A stretch of DNA of 32,306 nucleotides from a virus (Duplodnaviria; Caudoviricetes): positions 1 to 32,306 of the IMG/VR virus record IMGVR_UViG_3300029823_000384. One strand, written 5' to 3'. A model generated the notes under the pieces. It searched no databases, had not been told where the DNA came from, and saw nothing but the letters and a program-made list of their open reading frames with translations. Made by a program: the position numbers and the translations under genes. Below, in pieces: positions 26,801 to 32,306 of this stretch (position 1 is the first letter of the stretch; every line of letters begins with the position of its first letter).

Positions 26801-28785
26801 ACATCTGCCCCTTTCTTTTCGTTGTTTCTAATCATTCGTGATATATCTACAATAGGGATTTCTTCCCCGCCGGAAGCAACTTTGTTTTCCCGCTGTTCAT
26901 TCGGAGTAACCATTTCGACGATATGATTATCATCCGAAGGAAGAAGCAAGCCTGTTGTGCTGTGTTTTGCAGCACGGACATATACGTCAAGCAAATTGAT
27001 ATGGCCGTATTGTGATACTACCAATTCGCGTTTTTCGTCTGCTAAATCTTTTAGTCCGCGTTTCAGGCGGCGCTTTTCGTGCATCGCGTCCCTGACACCT
27101 TCTTTGTCGGCTCCGTAGGAAAGCATCATATCCGTTCGCAGCGGAGCGGTCATTATGAACTTTTCATTTTCATCGTAAATGCGGACTTCATTAAGATTTT
27201 CCGGGTCGTAACGTAGAAATACTTTTTTACCGGTGAAATTGATAATTAGTTCGTCATTGAAATAATATAAACGTTCTCCGCAAATAGTAAGGTGTACTCC
27301 GTTTTTCCCCACGGTTTGCAGGCGTGTGCTGCGCATCATCATAAGGTTCAGGTCTTCCGGCGCGGCACGGCGTATAACACGCGGCAAATGTTCTCTATAT
27401 ACTTGGTCTTTCGTTTTTCCCTTGTCTGCCGCAACCTTGCCGTTGTACGGCTGTTGATTAAAATAACCGTCAATCATATTGTTTACGACCTGAATAAGCT
27501 CGCCGTCTGTTGGAATCTGTCCGGTTTTCAGTTTATGTTTTAGCTTTTCAGGTTTGGCGACTACATTGGAGCCGCAGTATGTATCAAACAAACGGCTTAA
27601 AAACGTGAAATTTCGGAATTCCCGTTCAATTATTTTTGCCTGCGCGTTTCTCGGAATGGCATTAACCATCTGAATTCCGAGGCGTGTTAATATCGGCGTT
27701 GGCAATTTAATATCGACTTTCTTTTTTCGGGTACGATGCCCCGTCCCGCCAATGTCAATGTTCAAATATTCCCGGCCATTGTCAACGTAAATGTATTTTG
27801 GAAGTCCGTACCTCATACACGCTTTCCGCAGCGCCGCCAATGTGCTGTCGGAACTTGGGTTTTCCGTTACTACCCATCCGACATAAATTCCGCTCCGTGC
27901 GTCCAAAAACGCCGATAACGTCATTCTGTGCCGCTGTTCCGTCCCATCGTCGGATTTCGTGATAACGTCTATCGTATGACCGTCCGCTATCCAGTAGTCA
28001 TTGGAAGCCATATCATCGTAAAAGCGGTCGACAAAAATCCCATAGCGGTCGTTATACGCTTTTTCACCTTTGCGTGCCAGCGTCGCAACCGGTTTTGAAA
28101 ACGCTTTTGCCATTCGGTAAAAGGTATCATATGACGGCATTTGCGGGAGCAGTTCTGGGCGTTCTTCCTGTACGATAAACCGCGTCGCTTCCTCACATTT
28201 GCTGACTGGCAGCGCCCGTTCGTCCAAATATACATAAAAGAAAATATCTTTAATAGTTTTTGGAACTCTCGAAGTGCCTTTTTTCCAGTGGCCGCGTTTA
28301 TCCACAAGACCGTCAAGGTTATTTTGCTTAAATGCCGCTTGTTTGCGGTATAATATATCTTTTGATATTTTAACGTCAGGGTAATTATCTCGGCATTTAC
28401 GCACAAATTCCATGTCAGCGGCAGCTTTTGAACCATGAAAGCTGTTTCGGAAATTCTGCCAGTCTGAAAGAATATTTTCCCACAGTTCAATTTCCTGACG
28501 CTGTTCCGCTGTAAAGTTTTCCAGTGCCTTAGACTTTGCCGGGGCAGTCTTTTTTTTGGCTTTCTGTAGTGAATCGGGAACTTCCCCGTACTTTTGTTTG
28601 TAGTATTTTACTTGGAGCCTTGGTTCAAGGGCATCTAAAGGAATAAGATACATTTTGCGATTTCGATTATTGGTCGTCGTCTGGCTTATCAATGAACCAT
28701 TTAACGCCAATGACTTTACATATCGGTCACTGCATCCCTTGAGTTGGGCGACTTCCTTGACCGTAAGAAGTTCCAATATATTCAC
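26797..28785 (-). CDS. MuA-like DDE transposase
   Basis: N-terminal HTH (LTVKEVAQLKG), WIADGH (D), YVDNGREY (D), AKIIEREF (E), C-terminal VFLRYDPENL. Start may be TTG 28776. Confidence 0.94.
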   Translation of the reverse strand: MNILELLTVKEVAQLKGCSDRYVKSLALNGSLISQTTTNNRNRKMYLIPLDALEPRLQVKYYKQKYGEVPDSLQKAKKKTAPAKSKALENFTAEQRQEIELWENILSDWQNFRNSFHGSKAAADMEFVRKCRDNYPDVKISKDILYRKQAAFKQNNLDGLVDKRGHWKKGTSRVPKTIKDIFFYVYLDERALPVSKCEEATRFIVQEERPELLPQMPSYDTFYRMAKAFSKPVATLARKGEKAYNDRYGIFVDRFYDDMASNDYWIADGHTIDVITKSDDGTEQRHRMTLSAFLDARSGIYVGWVVTENPSSDSTLAALRKACMRYGLPKYIYVDNGREYLNIDIGGTGHRTRKKKVDIKLPTPILTRLGIQMVNAIPRNAQAKIIEREFRNFTFLSRLFDTYCGSNVVAKPEKLKHKLKTGQIPTDGELIQVVNNMIDGYFNQQPYNGKVAADKGKTKDQVYREHLPRVIRRAAPEDLNLMMMRSTRLQTVGKNGVHLTICGERLYYFNDELIINFTGKKVFLRYDPENLNEVRIYDENEKFIMTAPLRTDMMLSYGADKEGVRDAMHEKRRLKRGLKDLADEKRELVVSQYGHINLLDVYVRAAKHSTTGLLLPSDDNHIVEMVTPNEQRENKVASGGEEIPIVDISRMIRNNEKKGADV

Positions 28786-28810
28786 CTGCCTTTCGGCTGA
28801 TTATCAAGTT

Positions 28811-28877
28811 TAGCCATGCCATCATCGGCTGCGGGAGGCTATCCCCGCAGGACGGAGCTTCCGCTCCGTTTCGGCTG
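28811..28877 (-). ncRNA. Hammerhead ribozyme type II, copy 1
   Basis: - strand GCC-GAAAC-GGAGC(GGAA)GCUCC-GUC/CUGCGGG(GAUAGCCU)CCCGCAG-CCGAUGA-U-GGC-AUGGCUA; loop UAGCC can pair with tail GGCUA. Predicted cut 28851/28850. Confidence 0.85.
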
Positions 28878-28895
28878 TTCATTAATGGCTGAATA

Positions 28896-28904
28896 TGCTA
28901 TAAT
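28896..28904 (+). promoter_or_regulatory. Extended -10 promoter for 28926..29528
   Basis: TGCTATAAT followed by AGGAGGT RBS (28914-28920). Confidence 0.7.
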
Positions 28905-28925
28905 TCTTTAAATAGGAGGTGTATT

Positions 28926-29528
28926 ATGCATAAGTTTGAAAACTATATTCCCGAATACGACATTCCGCTAAAGTCTGTTTTACCTTGTTTGGAATATGAT
29001 GTTGCGGTATTCTGTGATTGCTTAAAATGGATCATCCCAATGCCCCTTCCAAAGTACCTACGAAAATTCAGTGAATGTTTGATTTATTATTCGAACCGAG
29101 TGGACGAGTTGAAACCTGATACATTTCCTGAAGCATATCGTGTGTACATTATGGATTACCGCTTGAATATTCTATTTGCGGCACTTGATACAACTGGAAA
29201 AATTGCAACCTATTTTTCTAAATATGGGAAGTACGCCCATGATATTGAAGATTATTGTTATGGCGATGGCGAGTTGATAGGGGATGCTATTTTCCCTCAA
29301 ATGAGTTACGATTCTAAGTCCCTTCTGAGTTTTGAAAAGCGTTATGGTTTTATGCCAGTAGATGAACTTTCCATGGCTTCTGCCCTTGTCTTTCAAAATG
29401 AAGAGCTTCTCGAAAGAAGGCAAATATCGCAGTTCCAAACAGCCTTACTGATGGAAAAATTCAGAAGCAAAAACTTGATTGACTGGAAATCGCTTGTGAA
29501 CCGTGCTAAAGAAGATTTCGGGTTCTAA
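28926..29528 (+). CDS. Hypothetical protein, paralog A (antisense to early operon)
   Basis: Own promoter and strong RBS; shares motifs with 29774..30310. Confidence 0.85.
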   Translation: MHKFENYIPEYDIPLKSVLPCLEYDVAVFCDCLKWIIPMPLPKYLRKFSECLIYYSNRVDELKPDTFPEAYRVYIMDYRLNILFAALDTTGKIATYFSKYGKYAHDIEDYCYGDGELIGDAIFPQMSYDSKSLLSFEKRYGFMPVDELSMASALVFQNEELLERRQISQFQTALLMEKFRSKNLIDWKSLVNRAKEDFGF

Positions 29529-29655
29529 GTAAACGCTCTGCTCTCTTGGAAACAGGCTGATACGGATTTTCTGAAGGTTCAAAAACACTTTTTGCTGCTA
29601 ATTTTGTCCGTCCCTGAATTTGCACTTCGGGGGCGGCTTTTTTTGCGTTATCCAT
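29506..29655 (-). CDS. Small hypothetical protein, 49 aa (not in ORF track)
   Basis: AGAAAGGAG RBS directly after hammerhead 2; MDNAKKAAPEVQIQGRTKLAAKSVFEPSENPYQPVSKRAERLLRTRNLL. Confidence 0.55.
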   Translation of the reverse strand: MDNAKKAAPEVQIQGRTKLAAKSVFEPSENPYQPVSKRAERLLRTRNLL

Positions 29656-29670
29656 AAGGTTCTCCTTTCT

Positions 29671-29735
29671 GCCCTGCCATCATCGGCACAGGTGGGGCGG
29701 TTCCTGTGGACGGAGCTTCCGCTCCGTTTCGGCTG
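29671..29735 (-). ncRNA. Hammerhead ribozyme type II, copy 2
   Basis: - strand GCC-GAAAC-GGAGC(GGAA)GCUCC-GUC/CACAGG(AACCGCCCCA)CCUGUG-CCGAUGA-U-GGC-AGGGC; loop GCCC can pair with tail GGGC. Predicted cut 29709/29708. Confidence 0.85.
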
Positions 29736-29741
29736 GGTTTG

Positions 29742-29750
29742 TGCTATAAT
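29742..29750 (+). promoter_or_regulatory. Extended -10 promoter for 29774..30310
   Basis: TGCTATAAT, identical to 28896-28904, 23 nt before ATG. Confidence 0.68.
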
Positions 29751-29773
29751 TGGAAAAAAGGGGATGATTTTAT

Positions 29774-30310
29774 ATGCCAAGAGCTAAATTTGATTCAAAT
29801 CAGGAACATATTCTGCAAATGGCTCGTATTGCCAATTTGAAAAGCTATTCTACCGATTTGCTTTACGATGCCAAAATAATCTACAAAGAGCAATTACAAA
29901 AGTATAGGGAGTGGTTTTTTGAAGACGATTTGAAACACATAGAAGATAAAATTAAAGCATTGGAATCTATTAAAATAGTGCCTATTAATAAATCGCGCGT
30001 CTACATTGTTTCCTGCGATACCTTTATTTGCTTTGCTATGTATAATATGGACGAATGCGTTGTGGACAACCTTTGCAATGTCTTTAATTTAGCCGGGATT
30101 CCGCTGGATGAGACTGAGTTGGTAAAGCCGGTTTTTAGAAGTACCTTATTTGTTTTCAAGGGAAAAGAGCTGCTTTTATCCGAAGAAATCTCTACTACCC
30201 AGCTTGCTAAACTAATGGCTATTTTTCACAAAGAAAATTTAGTTAATTACTCCGGAATTCGTTACGATTTTTATGGGAAACCACGGCGGGATACAAATCA
30301 TCGTAAGTAA
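29774..30310 (+). CDS. Hypothetical protein, paralog B (antisense to early operon)
   Basis: Own promoter; shares motifs with 28926..29528. Confidence 0.82.
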   Translation: MPRAKFDSNQEHILQMARIANLKSYSTDLLYDAKIIYKEQLQKYREWFFEDDLKHIEDKIKALESIKIVPINKSRVYIVSCDTFICFAMYNMDECVVDNLCNVFNLAGIPLDETELVKPVFRSTLFVFKGKELLLSEEISTTQLAKLMAIFHKENLVNYSGIRYDFYGKPRRDTNHRK

Positions 30311-30809
30311 CTGGCATGTTATATCTTTCAGCGTTTTTGCAAATACAGCGTATTTTCTCAAGTGCTTCCATATGAGAGGCTCTCAGGTATTTTGAGTTGA
30401 CATCTGAAAACAAGTTCTCAAGCATTTTCATTTTTTTTAATCTGCTTATCGTTACATCCTCAAATATAATTCTTAGATAAATTTCTTCTAACACTTGTCC
30501 TTGCACGTGTTTCTCAGCATAAGACAATCTTTCCCGCTCCTGAACATCCGTTTCAGGGGCGGTTTCTTCATCCAGCCAGTCAAAGCACAGCCTTGCAAAC
30601 CATTTTTCCGCTGTTTCCGGATCTGAACTGTAATGCCCGCCCCAAGTATCGCCTGCTGGCGAAAGGTGCCATACAGCGAACGGTTCGGGAACTTTTTTAT
30701 TTGGATGCTGGGCTAAAACTACTTTGTTTTTATAATTTGCTAATACTTTATAACCGTTGGATAAAATGCTGCCAATTTGAGGATACTGCATAAAAAGGCT
30801 TCCTTTCAT
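30243..30809 (-). CDS. Hypothetical early protein
   Basis: Likely start ATG 30791 after AAAGGAAG; N-terminal PEPFAVW...WGGHY...A..WF.R segment. Confidence 0.75.
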   Translation of the reverse strand: MKGSLFMQYPQIGSILSNGYKVLANYKNKVVLAQHPNKKVPEPFAVWHLSPAGDTWGGHYSSDPETAEKWFARLCFDWLDEETAPETDVQERERLSYAEKHVQGQVLEEIYLRIIFEDVTISRLKKMKMLENLFSDVNSKYLRASHMEALEKIRCICKNAERYNMPVTYDDLYPAVVSHKNRNEFRSN

Positions 30810-30812
30810 AAA

Positions 30813-30995
30813 TTATTTACCTGTATATCGGTTCCGGCCGTTTGCTTCCAAATCATCGCCAATTTGCTTGCGTACACGGCAATCCAGTATGTTAATAAAA
30901 TCTGCCCAAGCTTCGAGCGGGTTGTCAGATTGGCAGTTACGCAGAGCATCGTCAACCGCGTTGTTTATGTAAAACAGTAAATCCGATTTTTTCAT
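30813..30995 (-). CDS. Small hypothetical early protein
   Basis: GGGAGCGG RBS; packed between neighbours. Confidence 0.65.
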   Translation of the reverse strand: MKKSDLLFYINNAVDDALRNCQSDNPLEAWADFINILDCRVRKQIGDDLEANGRNRYTGK

Positions 30996-31010
30996 ATCCG
31001 CTCCCGTTTA

Positions 31011-31232
31011 TTATGCGCTGCAGGCATCAGAATACTTTTCACCGTATATTGCTTCTATTTCGGCGATTTCAGTATCTTTAAAATGCCGTTCGCCGTGTAA
31101 TTTTGCCGTTAGGTTTTGTTGGCACAAGCCGAGGCTCTCGGCTACTTCTTTCAGCGCAATGTCCTTTTGTACCGACTGTGTTTTAACCCACGTTCCAAAT
31201 GGCGTTAAAGGGCGCGGATTTCGTTTTCCCAC
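31011..31232 (-). CDS. Cro/Ner-like HTH regulator
   Basis: LTPFG.WVK...LKEVAESLGLCQQNLTAKLHGER; first gene of the early operon; AGGAGG RBS, GTG start. Confidence 0.85.
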   Translation of the reverse strand: MGKRNPRPLTPFGTWVKTQSVQKDIALKEVAESLGLCQQNLTAKLHGERHFKDTEIAEIEAIYGEKYSDACSA

Positions 31233-31279
31233 TGTATTTCGCCTCCTGCGGAAATTCGTTAAAATATAACCTATTTCGA

Positions 31280-31308
31280 TAGACTATAACGACTTTGTGT
31301 GATATTAT
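31280..31308 (+). promoter_or_regulatory. Putative repressor promoter
   Basis: TAGACT-17 nt-TATTAT with TG extension. Confidence 0.6.
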
Positions 31309-31337
31309 TTAATTGTGTTATTACTAATACAATAATA

Positions 31338-31366
31338 AGTATAATAGAATACTTTCTAAAAGTCAA
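31338..31366 (-). promoter_or_regulatory. Early lytic promoter with operator palindrome in spacer
   Basis: TTGACT-17 nt-TATACT; spacer holds TAGAA-N4-TTCTA (31345-31358); imperfect second copy at 31375-31388. Confidence 0.78.
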
Positions 31367-31378
31367 TAGATATTTTGA

Positions 31379-31834
31379 ATGTATTCTAAAAAAGGGGGCA
31401 ACTTTTTGAATATATACGAAAATATAAAAAAATTATGTAAAATAAAAGGAATGACTATTTCAAGCTTAGAAAGTGCCGCTAATCTTAGTAATGGCGCAAT
31501 CTCCAAATGGAAAAACAAAATGCCTCAAGCAGATAATTTATATAACGTTGCTAAGATTTTAGGGACAAGCATAGAATTTATTCTAACTGGAAATTTAGAA
31601 GATAGTCAGGAAAATAGAGAAAGCGCTAAATATAGTAATGATGATTTATCACTTATCGAAAAATATCGTAAATTAGACGACTGTGAAAAGCAAATTATAC
31701 TTGGCAAAATTTCAGAAATGATTTATAATAAAAAAATGGAAGAAAGTTCCGAAAAACTCTCTTCCAAAGTATTATGGAATTTACTTGCTGATTCAGATTA
31801 TAAGGACCAGTTAGTTCCAAAACATAAAGAATAA
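31379..31834 (+). CDS. XRE-family prophage repressor
   Basis: IKKLCKIKGMTISSLESAANLSNGAISKWK...VAKILGTSIEFILTG; likely start TTG 31406 after GGGGG. Confidence 0.9.
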   Translation: MYSKKGGNFLNIYENIKKLCKIKGMTISSLESAANLSNGAISKWKNKMPQADNLYNVAKILGTSIEFILTGNLEDSQENRESAKYSNDDLSLIEKYRKLDDCEKQIILGKISEMIYNKKMEESSEKLSSKVLWNLLADSDYKDQLVPKHKE

Positions 31835-31880
31835 TATTTTAGCCGTTTTATGATTATTAGTAATCAAAAGGAGGATAATT

Positions 31881-32306
31881 ATGGGATTATTTAAAAATAA
31901 AAAAGTCGCAGAAAGGAAAATACAGAATTACGATTATAAAATCAAGATGATGTATAGTGACGGTATTCCTGAACTTACAGAGAATACCAGTTGCGAGGTC
32001 ATCCTTAAAGATGGCAAAATTGTAATAACTCCGATGGCAGGGCCAGAACGGAATATCTCTCTTTGCATTTCGCAAATTAACAGCGTAAATATTCTACCTT
32101 GGGGAGAATATGCTTTAAAATACTTGCACACCAATATCACTATTCAAAAAAACTCTCCTGGGCGTACATATCTTGTTATTAATTTCATTTCATCTGAAAA
32201 TATTCAAAAATCAATTAGCTTTTGGGGAGCAATGCAGTTGCTAAAAATTCAAAGTTTTTCTGATAAAATAAAAAAACAAATGCCTGAAAAAGATATTCAT
32301 CTGTAA
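31881..32306 (+). CDS. Hypothetical protein co-transcribed with repressor
   Basis: AGGAGG RBS, complete 141-aa ORF. Confidence 0.8.
   Translation: MGLFKNKKVAERKIQNYDYKIKMMYSDGIPELTENTSCEVILKDGKIVITPMAGPERNISLCISQINSVNILPWGEYALKYLHTNITIQKNSPGRTYLVINFISSENIQKSISFWGAMQLLKIQSFSDKIKKQMPEKDIHL

Larger units (their letters stand above)
1..32306 (-). mobile_element. Mu-like transposable prophage (contractile tail) carrying a DGR; both ends outside the window
   Basis: Co-oriented DDE transposase, AAA ATPase, GemA, Mor, gp25-27-like genes, terminase, portal, capsid, sheath/tube/baseplate; divergent repressor at right. No att ends recognised. Confidence 0.93.

Noticed and set aside
28811-29735. The 28-nt identical repeat as CRISPR repeat, att site or plain terminator
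   Set aside because: Only two copies 858 bp apart, no cas or integrase gene, no T tract; hammerhead core and covariation explain it better.
29598-29780. 60-aa - strand ORF across hammerhead 2
   Set aside because: No RBS and it runs through the ribozyme; the 49-aa ORF at 29506..29655 has the strong RBS.
31835-32306. Mu-type prophage end
   Set aside because: No terminal repeats or transposase-binding array recognisable; the window ends at a stop codon.

Overview
The whole window lies inside a Mu-like (transposable) prophage, probably from a Firmicute/clostridial host (inferred from gene families and sigma-A-type promoters). Neither prophage end nor a lysis module is visible. Nearly all genes are on the - strand. 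From right to left: an immunity switch (XRE repressor and Cro/Ner-like HTH, face-to-face promoters), an accessory early region, MuA/MuB, gemA/mor, Mu gp25-27-like genes, a NusG-paralog (LoaP-like) antiterminator, terminase, an SPP1-type head, a PBSX/Xkd-type contractile tail with a -1 frameshift chaperone, and a diversity-generating retroelement (target gene with VR, hairpin, avd, TR, RT truncated by the window edge). Reading the intergenic DNA by eye also shows three candidate self-cleaving ribozymes on the early transcript: two type II hammerheads and one twister. Most unusual: each hammerhead sits back-to-back with an extended -10 promoter driving one of two divergent paralogous genes of unknown function on the opposite strand. 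This forms a tandem ribozyme-plus-antisense-gene cassette that could release an 858-nt circularisable RNA. All family assignments are from motif recognition, not database searches.
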